A DNA stretch of 64,000 nt from Gammaproteobacteria bacterium (lineage in GTDB: Bacteria; Pseudomonadota; Gammaproteobacteria; Steroidobacterales; Rariloculaceae). Both the position numbers and the translations under genes were made by a program. A model generated the notes under the pieces. It ran no database searches, had not been told where the DNA came from, and saw only the letters and a list, made by a program, of their open reading frames with translations. The stretch covers positions 13,832 through 77,831 of the forward strand of contig DASZSB010000194.1 of the NCBI GenBank assembly GCA_035548835.1, in the 5' to 3' direction. Below are positions 37,573 to 46,494 of this stretch, piece by piece. The stretch's first letter is position 1; every line of letters starts with the position of its first letter.

Positions 37573-38064
37573 TCACTCGCGCAGCAGCGCGCGAACCTCG
37601 TTCTGGTAATCGCCCTCGTACCCCGGCTTGTAGCCGTGATGCAGGTAGCGCATCGTGCCGTCCTTCGCGACGATCACGGTGCTCGGCATCGTTTCCACCT
37701 TGTAGAGCTTGCTGACCTCGCTCTTCGTGTCGAACAGCACGGGGAACGACACCGGGGTTTCCTTCAGCCACTTCCGGGCGCCCTCGGGGTTGTCCTCGAC
37801 GTTCACGGCCAGCAGCTTGAAGCCGAGCTTGTTGTAGCGCTGATAGAGCGCCTCGAGATGCGGCATCTCCTGCCGGCACGGGACGCACCACGTGGCCCAG
37901 AAGTTGATCATCACGACATCGCCCTTCAGCGAGCCGAGCGATACGTTGCCGCCGTCGCGCGACGGCAGCGTGAATCCGGGTGCCGGCCCCTTGACCGAGT
38001 CCGCCGCGAAGGCCAGCGACGCCAGGAGAGCACTCACGACGATGACCGAAAACGCTCGCAACAT
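37573..38064 (-). CDS. TlpA-family periplasmic thiol-disulfide oxidoreductase
   Basis: It has a signal peptide and the thioredoxin-fold active site INFWATWCVPCRQEMP. The ATG is preceded by GGAGG. Confidence 0.85.
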   Translation of the reverse strand: MLRAFSVIVVSALLASLAFAADSVKGPAPGFTLPSRDGGNVSLGSLKGDVVMINFWATWCVPCRQEMPHLEALYQRYNKLGFKLLAVNVEDNPEGARKWLKETPVSFPVLFDTKSEVSKLYKVETMPSTVIVAKDGTMRYLHHGYKPGYEGDYQNEVRALLRE

Positions 38065-38088
38065 TGGGGACCTCCGTGTCTGCCGAAA

Positions 38089-38748
38089 CTAGAAGAAGAA
38101 CGTCACGCCGAGGTGGGCGCCCAGGTTGTGGGACGTCTTGGCCTGGCCCAGCAAGTCGGTGTCGAATATCTGGTCCTCGACGTCGGCATGAACCGCAAGC
38201 CAGTCGAGCGGCATGATCCGGTAGCCGAGCCCTATGTTCATGGTGAACCGGTCATCCCCCGCGAACTTGGTCTTGCCGACGCCGCCGATCAGATACGTCG
38301 CGGTGTTCCACGCGCGCTTCTTACCGAAAAACCCTTCGCCGGGCAGGATGTCGTACCCCACCGAGACGTTATAGTAGGTGTAGTCGCGCTCGGCATCTGT
38401 GAGCAACTGCGCAGCGCCGCTCAGGCGCTCGAAGCTGGTCAGGCCGGCCGTCGTGCGGCCCGCTCCGAGCTGCACGAACACCTTGTCCGTGACGTGATAC
38501 GCGAACGTGGCGCCGGTCGCGTTGTGGACGCCGAAGTCCTCGATGCTGAGGCTGCCCGCGAACACGCCGACCTCGAAGTCCGATTTCTTGATCTTCGGAA
38601 CCTTGATCTCGCGGCGCTCGACGTCGGGCTCGATCACGGGCGGCTGGCCGTTGTCGTCGCTGCGCACGAGCCTGTCGCGGCCACAGCCGCTCAAGACGCC
38701 GACGGCGAGCGTCAACGTCAGAAGAAGAACGACACTCCTGCCTTCCAT
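38089..38748 (-). CDS. outer-membrane beta-barrel lipoprotein
   Basis: It has a lipobox (VLSGC), alternating strands and a C-terminal GVTFFF. Confidence 0.65.
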   Translation of the reverse strand: MEGRSVVLLLTLTLAVGVLSGCGRDRLVRSDDNGQPPVIEPDVERREIKVPKIKKSDFEVGVFAGSLSIEDFGVHNATGATFAYHVTDKVFVQLGAGRTTAGLTSFERLSGAAQLLTDAERDYTYYNVSVGYDILPGEGFFGKKRAWNTATYLIGGVGKTKFAGDDRFTMNIGLGYRIMPLDWLAVHADVEDQIFDTDLLGQAKTSHNLGAHLGVTFFF

Positions 38749-39461
38749 TCTCGTATGTCCTCGTTTTCATTGCGGCTCGTGAACACGACGTGCGCCTTGT
38801 ACTCGGCGCGGAACACGAACCGGCGCGAGAGGTACATGCGCATGCCTGCACCTACCAGCGCGAGCGAATCCGTGCGATCGACCGTGGCGACCAGCGTCGC
38901 CTTCGGATGCGTGGTGATGACCCCGGCGCCGAGCGTGAAGTACGGCGATATGCGCCAGTCGGGATACATCAGATGAACGATGTTGATGGTCGCGAGCTTG
39001 CTGTCGGCGAACTGGCCGATGGCCTCCGACACCCAGATCTCGCCCGAGAGATTCGGCGTGAATCCGTGCGCGCCGTAGGCGGCGATCACGTTCGCGCCGC
39101 CGAAGTCGCCATACAGCGCGCCGACCTCCCAGCGCCGCGCGGCGTACTCCTCGAGACCCGGCTCGGGCAGGTCGAACGGCTCGCCGTTCAGATTCAGCGT
39201 GGTCTTCAGCTGGTCGCGATGCACCCACCCCACCTGGCCGCGCGGCACACGCACCTTGAACCAGTCCGTGCGCTGCATCAGCAGCGCGATCTGCTCGCCC
39301 CGCTCCGCGACGAAGAAGATCGGATAACCCGCTCCGGGACCCGTGTGCAGATCGATGTACGGGTCGTCGATCACGACCTCCCTGTACTGCCGTTCCGCGC
39401 CTGCTGCAGTAGCTGCGACGAAAAGCTGGCATAGCGCGAGAACGAGCCACCATCGACGCAT
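38718..39461 (-). CDS. SH3b-like domain fused to an outer-membrane beta-barrel
   Basis: After a signal peptide comes an SH3-like segment (LHTGPGAGYPIFFVAERGEQIALLMQRTDWFKVRVPRGQVGWVHRDQL), then barrel strands ending in GVSFFF. The start lies directly after the upstream stop. Confidence 0.65.
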   Translation of the reverse strand: MRRWWLVLALCQLFVAATAAGAERQYREVVIDDPYIDLHTGPGAGYPIFFVAERGEQIALLMQRTDWFKVRVPRGQVGWVHRDQLKTTLNLNGEPFDLPEPGLEEYAARRWEVGALYGDFGGANVIAAYGAHGFTPNLSGEIWVSEAIGQFADSKLATINIVHLMYPDWRISPYFTLGAGVITTHPKATLVATVDRTDSLALVGAGMRMYLSRRFVFRAEYKAHVVFTSRNENEDIREWKAGVSFFF

Positions 39462-42134
39462 CTACATCACCGGAGCCTTGAACGGGTCGTTGTAGTACTG
39501 GGCACCGATGTCGAGCCACTCCGCGATCAGGCGCAGCTCGTCCTGGGTCATGAAGCCCCTGTGCGGCTCGTTCGGACAACCCGTGCCGCCCGCGTCGAAG
39601 CAGCCGAAGAAGCGCGACGCACGCGCACCGGCCGAGCTCATCGGCGGCGAGATCGAGACGGGCGCCATGATCGGATTGCCCATCGCGTCGACACCGATCT
39701 GCACCTGCTGATCCACGACGGCGCCGTTCATGAGCACCTGCTGGTTGTCGGCGAACAGCAGCTCGCGGTAGGCGTTGAACTGGTCGGGCTCGTCGGCCGA
39801 GAGCCCGTCGGACAGGTCGAGCTGGCCGGCGGGCACCATCGGCTGGTTTGCCGCATCCACGGGCGCGTGGCAGCCGCCCTGCGAGCAGGTGTGGTCCTCG
39901 AGCACGGTCATCGTCATCGGGTCGATCACCTGCCGCGGCGTGCTCCACAGCGGGTGGATGTGCGTCTCGTAGTTGATCTCGATGCGGCACGACGGCGCCC
40001 ACTTCGTGATGCAGTTCGTGCTCACGGGCGCGGGCGTCGTCAGATTGGTATACAGATACGAGAACGACGTGGCCGGCGTGGCGACCGCGGAATCCGTCCA
40101 CACGTCCGTGTACTTCAGGTCGACGCTCGGAATCAGCGCGGCACAGTCCGTCTGGCAACTCACGCGCGTGCGCGTCTCGGCCATCGTGTCGCCCGCATCC
40201 GGCGAGAACGCCGGGACGCTGTTCTGGAACGGCACGCCCGTGCCCGTGGCACCCGGGTACACCGAATTGAACGCGTCGCTGCGGCCGTGCGACAGCCCGC
40301 TCTGCGCGTCGTGACAGCCGTTGCACTTCAGCTCCTGGCCGGGCACCACCTGCAGCCAGTTCTGGTGGCGTGCCGAGATCCGGCGGCCGTTCGCGTCGAG
40401 CACGCTGACGGCGAGCGCCACGTTCGCGGGCACTTTCACGCGCACCGAGCCGTCCGGCTCGATCGGGGCGTAGCCGATGATCTCGCGCATGCCCTGCTGG
40501 ATGTTCGGGCCGAAGGCCGTGGGGCGAATGTTCACGTCCTGCGGATCCGGGATCGCTACGGCCTTCTCGACGCGCAGGAAGCGCGCCGGCCGGTTGGCGA
40601 CCGGCGTCTTCACCGGATCGGCGGTATCGGCGATGTTCACGGACGCCATGCCGTCGATGTCGTAGACGCTGCGGATGTTCAGGATGCCCACGCCTTCGGC
40701 AACGAGCTTCGAGTCGAAGTCGACGCCGGCCACCTTGTCCGGGATCGACTGCGGATTCGCGCGCGGCTGCGCCGCCACCACGTCGCCGATCAGCACGCCT
40801 TCCTCGCCCGTGACGATCGGCAGCTGCGTCTGCGTCTGCGGGTCGTACATCCAGATGCCGTAGAGCGGCGGCGCAACGACCGGGTTCGCCGCGGCCAGCT
40901 TGTCATCCGTGCACGGCACGAAGATCGTCTTCGTCGCGTCGTTCGGATCGGGCTCGGCGAGCCGGCAGATCTCCCAGCTCACGAGCACGCGGCCGGTGCC
41001 GTCCCACAGTGGGAACGCGGAGCTGTAGCGCCCGCCCTTCGACGGCAGCAGGTCCGTTCGCACCTGATTCGGCGTGGCCGGCGTCTGCGCGGGGCCCGTC
41101 ATGCCCGGGGAGCTCGCGACGGACTGCGTGTTCTCCACGTACGTCTTCGTATCGATGACCGCGACCGCGCCGCCGAGCTCCGGATGATCGAAGGGCCGGA
41201 CGATCGCCATGACGCGGCCGTCCGGCATCTCGCGCGGATCGAGGAACTGCACCTGCGTGTTGTCCGTGCCGGTCAGGTGACTGTGCGCGCCGTACACCAG
41301 CTCGAGATCCGTGCCGTCCGGGTTCATCTGATAGAGGTTGATGCCGTTGACGCTGCCGGCGTGGTCCCAGCGGCTGAACAGCACCTTGCCGTTCGCGAGC
41401 ACGATCGGATCGTAGTCGTTGCTTTGGTTGAACGAGATCTGATGCAGATCGCTGCCGTCGTCGCGCATCACGTGCAGCACGAACGCGGGATTGCGACGGT
41501 TCTCGTCGCGCGCGTCGAACTGCGGCTTGCCCTCGTCGAGCAGCACGGCCTTCGCCTGGCGCTGCCGGGTGGAGACGAACAGGATGCGGCCGTCGGGCAG
41601 GTAGTGGGGCGAGATGTCCTGCCCCGCTTCCGCCGTGATGTCGGACGCGATGATGCGATGCAACGTATCGGTAGCGAACGTGTACTCCCAGATGTTCCAC
41701 GTCGGCTGTTCGTCCATGGTCTTGTTCGGGTCGAACGGCCCGCGCATCGCGAACAGCACTTTCTTGCCGTCCGTGGAGATCTCCACGCCCATGACATCGC
41801 CCTGCCCCTGCGTCTCGCGCAGCGTCACGTTGCGCTCGGGCGCCGTGGGCGATGCCCGGTCGCGCACATAGAGGTCGGTGCCGACGTTGAATCGCAGCAC
41901 GTCGCGCACGTCCGTCGGCGACTGGACCTGCATCTGATCGTCGAACAGCGGGCCCTTCGTATAGGCGATCGCGAAATCCGGTGCGACGGGGTCCGGCTGC
42001 TGACCGCTCCCGACACCGAGGTTGCCGTCACTGTTGCCGCATGCAGCGAGCACGAACACCGTGATCGTCACGAGCGCGAGCTGCACTCCCGTGCGCAGGC
42101 GCCCGATCATGACAGTCCCTGTCCGATGGCTCAT
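39462..42134 (-). CDS. large TolB/PD40-like beta-propeller lipoprotein with C-terminal heme-c motifs (possibly HzsA-related)
   Basis: It has a lipobox (VLAAC) and propeller-like repeats (ISTDGKKVLFAM, PHYLPDGRILFVS, VLANGKVLFSRW, MNPDGTDLELVY). CNGCH and CSQGGCH motifs occur in the C-terminal third. The ATG at 42134 is preceded by GGAGAGGGA. Confidence 0.75.
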   Translation of the reverse strand: MSHRTGTVMIGRLRTGVQLALVTITVFVLAACGNSDGNLGVGSGQQPDPVAPDFAIAYTKGPLFDDQMQVQSPTDVRDVLRFNVGTDLYVRDRASPTAPERNVTLRETQGQGDVMGVEISTDGKKVLFAMRGPFDPNKTMDEQPTWNIWEYTFATDTLHRIIASDITAEAGQDISPHYLPDGRILFVSTRQRQAKAVLLDEGKPQFDARDENRRNPAFVLHVMRDDGSDLHQISFNQSNDYDPIVLANGKVLFSRWDHAGSVNGINLYQMNPDGTDLELVYGAHSHLTGTDNTQVQFLDPREMPDGRVMAIVRPFDHPELGGAVAVIDTKTYVENTQSVASSPGMTGPAQTPATPNQVRTDLLPSKGGRYSSAFPLWDGTGRVLVSWEICRLAEPDPNDATKTIFVPCTDDKLAAANPVVAPPLYGIWMYDPQTQTQLPIVTGEEGVLIGDVVAAQPRANPQSIPDKVAGVDFDSKLVAEGVGILNIRSVYDIDGMASVNIADTADPVKTPVANRPARFLRVEKAVAIPDPQDVNIRPTAFGPNIQQGMREIIGYAPIEPDGSVRVKVPANVALAVSVLDANGRRISARHQNWLQVVPGQELKCNGCHDAQSGLSHGRSDAFNSVYPGATGTGVPFQNSVPAFSPDAGDTMAETRTRVSCQTDCAALIPSVDLKYTDVWTDSAVATPATSFSYLYTNLTTPAPVSTNCITKWAPSCRIEINYETHIHPLWSTPRQVIDPMTMTVLEDHTCSQGGCHAPVDAANQPMVPAGQLDLSDGLSADEPDQFNAYRELLFADNQQVLMNGAVVDQQVQIGVDAMGNPIMAPVSISPPMSSAGARASRFFGCFDAGGTGCPNEPHRGFMTQDELRLIAEWLDIGAQYYNDPFKAPVM

Positions 42135-42638
42135 GGAACGTCCCTCTCCATCCATTGATCCCGAATGGAGGTTCGCTTCCGGGCTCCGTGCGTCAGTCAA
42201 CGGTTCACTCCGCGCAGTGCGCGGCACGCGCGTCCCGCGCGTGCCGTGCGTTTGCATAATGTCCGGGCCACCGGCCCGCGATGCGACGTAATGTCGGCGC
42301 CCCGTAATCATGGGCATCGACCTTGTCGCCTTCCGTTAACGTGATCACAGAACCATCCCGGATCGAACCTGCATCAAAACTGTGACCGATCTCTCCGAAC
42401 GATCGATCGGTACCCCAGATCATCGCGAACGACTTCACTAAACACTCGCGCGTCGTCGCGTCGCACACGCGCTGCGTGCTCTCAATCACCGCGGGGAGCT
42501 TACACGCCGGTTACGGTGCTTCCGAAACCGTCGCCGTTTTGAGACGTCTGTGATTTCCCACATTACCCGGCGGTTTTTTTTGTGTTTTTATTCGGCTCGC
42601 ATTGCGGCAGTGACATCAACACAACGGGACGAATCGTG

Positions 42639-43841
42639 ATGACTAGCAGGATGCATTGGATGTCGACGCTGAGCACGTTCAGCAGCCATCGCTCGATGTG
42701 GCGGTTGTTCATCGCAGTCGGGCTCGTCGTCTGCGGACTCTCGGTCGCGCTCGCCGGACCGCGCGAGCAGGCGGCCCGGATTCACGACCGGTTGGCCGGC
42801 GTGCCCGCGAGCGACGCCGTGCTGACGCAGATGGCGGCGCAACTGCCCGGCAATCCGACCGCGGCAGCGAACATCGCGATGCAGAACCCCAATTTCTACT
42901 CGGTCACGCTGAAGAACTTCGCGGCGCCATGGACGAACCGCGACCGGTCGGCGTTCGTGCCGCTGAACGACTACGTCACGCTCGTGATGGGCATGGTGCG
43001 CGACAACGTGCCGTTCGATCAGATCCTGTCGGGCGACCTGCTGTACGTCGCACCCGGGGTGTCGCCGGCGCCCTCACCGAGCAACAACGACCACTTCGCC
43101 GCACTCGAGGCGCGGATGCGCGATCCCGCGTTCAACCAGAGCGAGCTCTCGCAGACCACGCAGTCGGCCACGTACGGCATTCCACCGGCGGCCACCGCGG
43201 GCGCGATCACGACGCGCGCCGCGTCGGAGGCGTTCTTCGTGGCAGGCACGAACCGCGCGATGTTCCGCTTCACGCTGATCAACCATCTCTGCATGGACAT
43301 GGAGCAGGTGCTCGATACGAGCGTCACGCCGGACAACGTCCGTCAGGACGTCTCGCGCAGCCCGGGCGGCGACAGTCGTGTGTTCATGAACAACTGCATA
43401 GGCTGCCACGCAGGCATGGACCCGCTGGCGCGTGCGTTCGCGTACTACGACTACGACACCACGGCCGGCCGTCTGGTGTACACGCCGGGCACGGTGCAGG
43501 CGAAGTACTTCAACAACAACAAGACGTTCCCCGACGGCTTCATCACGCCCGACGATTCGTGGAACAACCACTGGCGGCAGGGGCAGAACGCCCTGATCGG
43601 CTGGAACCCGGCGCTGCCGGGCCAGGGCCAGGGCGCGAAGTCGCTCGGTCAGGAGCTCGCCGGCACGACCGCGTTCGCGCAGTGCCAGGTCAAGAAGGTG
43701 TTCAAGGCGGTCTGCTTCCGCGATCCGGTCGATCAGGCCGATCGCAATCAGGTCGCCACGATGACCACGAGCTTCCGCAACAACAACTTCAACCTGCGAC
43801 AGGTCTTCGCCGAGTCCGCAGGGTATTGCATGGGCCAGTAG
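42639..43841 (+). CDS. exported mono-heme protein with planctomycete PSD/DUF1585-DUF1588-like motif
   Basis: It has a signal-peptide-like segment (MWRLFIAVGLVVCGLSVALA) and NNCIGCHAGMDPLARAFAYYDY, a CXXCH followed by DP. The start is uncertain: ATG at 42639, 42651 or 42660, with AGGA before the last. Confidence 0.7.
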   Translation: MTSRMHWMSTLSTFSSHRSMWRLFIAVGLVVCGLSVALAGPREQAARIHDRLAGVPASDAVLTQMAAQLPGNPTAAANIAMQNPNFYSVTLKNFAAPWTNRDRSAFVPLNDYVTLVMGMVRDNVPFDQILSGDLLYVAPGVSPAPSPSNNDHFAALEARMRDPAFNQSELSQTTQSATYGIPPAATAGAITTRAASEAFFVAGTNRAMFRFTLINHLCMDMEQVLDTSVTPDNVRQDVSRSPGGDSRVFMNNCIGCHAGMDPLARAFAYYDYDTTAGRLVYTPGTVQAKYFNNNKTFPDGFITPDDSWNNHWRQGQNALIGWNPALPGQGQGAKSLGQELAGTTAFAQCQVKKVFKAVCFRDPVDQADRNQVATMTTSFRNNNFNLRQVFAESAGYCMGQ

Positions 43842-43865
43842 GCCCGCGGCCAGGGAGTCAGGACG

Positions 43866-46466
43866 ATGCAGTACGCAATCTCCATCACCGGCACGTCGCT
43901 CGCGCGCGTGACGAATCGTCTCCGCGTGCCGCACGCGCGGCTGGTCGCGACCGGCGTCGCGCTGGTCGCCGCGCTGCTCGCAGGCTGCAGCGGCGGCAGT
44001 GGCGCGCCGGTCGAGGTCACGCCCGGCGCCGGCAGCGGGCCCGTGACGCAGACCTACACGGGCCCCGCGCCCACCACGGCCGACGTGCAGTCGTTCAAGA
44101 TCAATCTGTGGGACAACATCCACGCCGATAACCGCTGCGGTACGTGCCACAGCGAGAAAGGCGGTCAGGTGCCGATGTTCGCCCGCGGCGACGACGTGAA
44201 CCTGGCCTACGCGGCCGCGAACCTCGTCGTGAACCTCGCCTCCCCGAAGGACTCCATGATGGTCCAGAAGGTCGGCGGCGGTCACAACTGCTGGCTCGCG
44301 AGCCCCGCGGCCTGCGCGGACATCCTGACGACGTGGATCACGAACTGGGCGGGCGCGACCGCCGGCGGCGGCAGCCGCAAGATCCAGCTCGAGCCGCCCG
44401 TGATCCGCGACCCCGGCACGAGCAAGAACTTCCCGGACGACCAGGGACTGCTGTACTCCCAGACGGTCTACCAGATCACGTCGAAGTTCTGCTCGAACTG
44501 CCACAGCTCGAGCTCGTCGCTGAAACAGCAGCCGTTCTTCGCGGAAGGCCCGACCACCAGCGCGACCGCCATTCAGGCGGCGTACGAGGCCGCCAAGCCG
44601 AAGATGGATCTCGACGATCCGGCGAACTCGCGGTTCGTGCTGCGGCTGCGTAACGAGTCGCACAACTGCTGGACCTCGAGCTGCGCGAACGACGCCAACG
44701 CGATGCAGGCCGCGATCACGCAGTTCGCCTCCGGCATCACACCGACCACGGTCGACCCGAACCTCGTCACGAGCAAGGCCACGACGTTGTACGAAGGCAC
44801 GATCGCGTCCGGCGGCAGCCGCTACGACGCGAACGTGATCGCCATGTACGAGTTCAAGACCGGCCAGACCTGCGGCACGTCGATCACGGGCGCCTGCGCC
44901 ACCGCGTACGACACCAGCGGCGTCGACCCGGCCATGGATCTGACGCTGTCGGGCAACGTGCAGTGGTTCGGCGGCTGGGGCCTGAACTTCTCGGGCGGCA
45001 AGGCGCAGGCCTCCACGGCCGCCAGCGCGAAGCTGAAGCGCCTGATCAACGCCACGGGCGAATACTCGATCGAGGCGTGGGTCACGCCCGGCAACGTGGT
45101 GCAGGAGGACATGCGCATCGTGAGCTACTCGGGTGGCCTCATGCAGCGCAATTTCAACCTCGGCCAGACGATGTACAACTACGACTTCTTCAACCGTTCG
45201 GACAAATCGGACGCCAACGGCAACCCGCAGCTGTCGACGCCGGACGCCGCCGAGGTGCTCCAGGCCTCCCTGCAGCATGTCGTCGCCACGTTCGACCCGG
45301 CAAACGGCCGCAAGATCTATGTGAACGGCGTGCTCGTGGCCTCCATGGATCCGGTGCCGGGCGGCCTGCTGAACGACTGGGACGACACTTTCGCGTTCGT
45401 GCTCGGCAACGAGGTGTCCGGCACGCGCATGTGGAACGGCGTGATCCGTTTCGTCGCGATCCACAACCGGGCTCTCACGCCCGCACAGATCCAGCAGAAC
45501 TTCCAGGCCGGCGTCGGCGAGAAGTTCTTCCTGATGTTCAGCGTGGAGCACCTGACGAACGTGCCCGAGAGCTTCGTGGTCTTCGAGGCCTCGCAGTTCG
45601 ACAGCTACAGCTACCTGTTCCGCAAGCCTTTCTTCATCAGTCTCGACGGGACACAGCATCCTGACGCGCTCGACGTGAAGGGCCTGCGCATCGGCATCAA
45701 CGGTGCCGAGGCGCACGTCGGCCAGTCGTTCGCGAACCTCGACACGCAGATCAGCAGCTCGCTGTACAGCACCGAGACCGGCCAGACGCTGCTCGATCTC
45801 GGCGCCGTCGTGCCGCTCGAGAAGGGGCCGGACTCCGACGAGTTCTTCCTGACCTTCGACAAGCTCGCGGCGCACAGCTTCAGCCGGCCGCCCCCGGCGA
45901 CTCCGCCGGCTCCGACTCCGGTGGATCTGCCGCCCGCGTCGGCGATCGGCGTGCGCACGTTCGACGAGATCAGCGCCACGATGGCCGCGATCACCGGCGT
46001 GAGCCAGCGCGATACGCAGGTCGCCAACACGTTCGCAACCGTGCGCCAGTCGCTGCCCGCCGATGCGGACATCCAGGCCATCCTGGCGTCGCACCAGGTG
46101 GCAATCGCGCAGCTCGCGATCGGCTACTGCGACGCGCTCATGGAAAACCGCAGCACGACGATCGCGCGTGACACGATGTTCCAGGGATTCAACTTCGGCG
46201 CAACTCCGGCCGTCGCGTTCGCCAACGAGAACGCGCTGTTCAATCCATTGCTCGACCGCGTGCTCGGCGTCACGCAGCTCGCCAGCCAGCCGAACAGGGC
46301 CGCCGTGCAGCAGGAGCTCGACCAGCTCGTGAACGGCATTCCCGGCGACAGCACGCGGCCCGGCCTGCTGAATTCCGGCACGACCAACGACGCTGCGCGG
46401 ACGCGCAACATCGCCAAGGCGGTGTGCTCGGCCGTGATCGGCAGCGCCGCAATGCTGGTTCAGTAA
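43866..46466 (+). CDS. di-heme LamG-domain lipoprotein
   Basis: It has a lipobox (LLAGC), the heme motifs CGTCH and CSNCH, and a central LamG/concanavalin-like segment (GEYSIEAWVTPG...HVVATFDPANGRKIYVNGVLV...WNGVIRFVAIHNRALTPAQIQQNF). SD-like GGGAG and AGGA elements precede the ATG. Confidence 0.75.
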   Translation: MQYAISITGTSLARVTNRLRVPHARLVATGVALVAALLAGCSGGSGAPVEVTPGAGSGPVTQTYTGPAPTTADVQSFKINLWDNIHADNRCGTCHSEKGGQVPMFARGDDVNLAYAAANLVVNLASPKDSMMVQKVGGGHNCWLASPAACADILTTWITNWAGATAGGGSRKIQLEPPVIRDPGTSKNFPDDQGLLYSQTVYQITSKFCSNCHSSSSSLKQQPFFAEGPTTSATAIQAAYEAAKPKMDLDDPANSRFVLRLRNESHNCWTSSCANDANAMQAAITQFASGITPTTVDPNLVTSKATTLYEGTIASGGSRYDANVIAMYEFKTGQTCGTSITGACATAYDTSGVDPAMDLTLSGNVQWFGGWGLNFSGGKAQASTAASAKLKRLINATGEYSIEAWVTPGNVVQEDMRIVSYSGGLMQRNFNLGQTMYNYDFFNRSDKSDANGNPQLSTPDAAEVLQASLQHVVATFDPANGRKIYVNGVLVASMDPVPGGLLNDWDDTFAFVLGNEVSGTRMWNGVIRFVAIHNRALTPAQIQQNFQAGVGEKFFLMFSVEHLTNVPESFVVFEASQFDSYSYLFRKPFFISLDGTQHPDALDVKGLRIGINGAEAHVGQSFANLDTQISSSLYSTETGQTLLDLGAVVPLEKGPDSDEFFLTFDKLAAHSFSRPPPATPPAPTPVDLPPASAIGVRTFDEISATMAAITGVSQRDTQVANTFATVRQSLPADADIQAILASHQVAIAQLAIGYCDALMENRSTTIARDTMFQGFNFGATPAVAFANENALFNPLLDRVLGVTQLASQPNRAAVQQELDQLVNGIPGDSTRPGLLNSGTTNDAARTRNIAKAVCSAVIGSAAMLVQ

Positions 46467-46494
46467 TTCGCGCCTTGAGATAGAGGGTACACCC

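Noticed and set aside
39561-42158. 865 aa plus-strand ORF
   Set aside because: It is antisense to the 890 aa beta-propeller lipoprotein gene. Its composition is dominated by R, A, H and D runs, and it has no SD or recognisable domain.
42205-42489. 94 aa GTG-initiated ORF in the divergent control region
   Set aside because: It has no SD, only moderate third-position GC in a genome where real genes show very high GC3, and no recognisable motif. I kept it only as a remark in the control-region finding.
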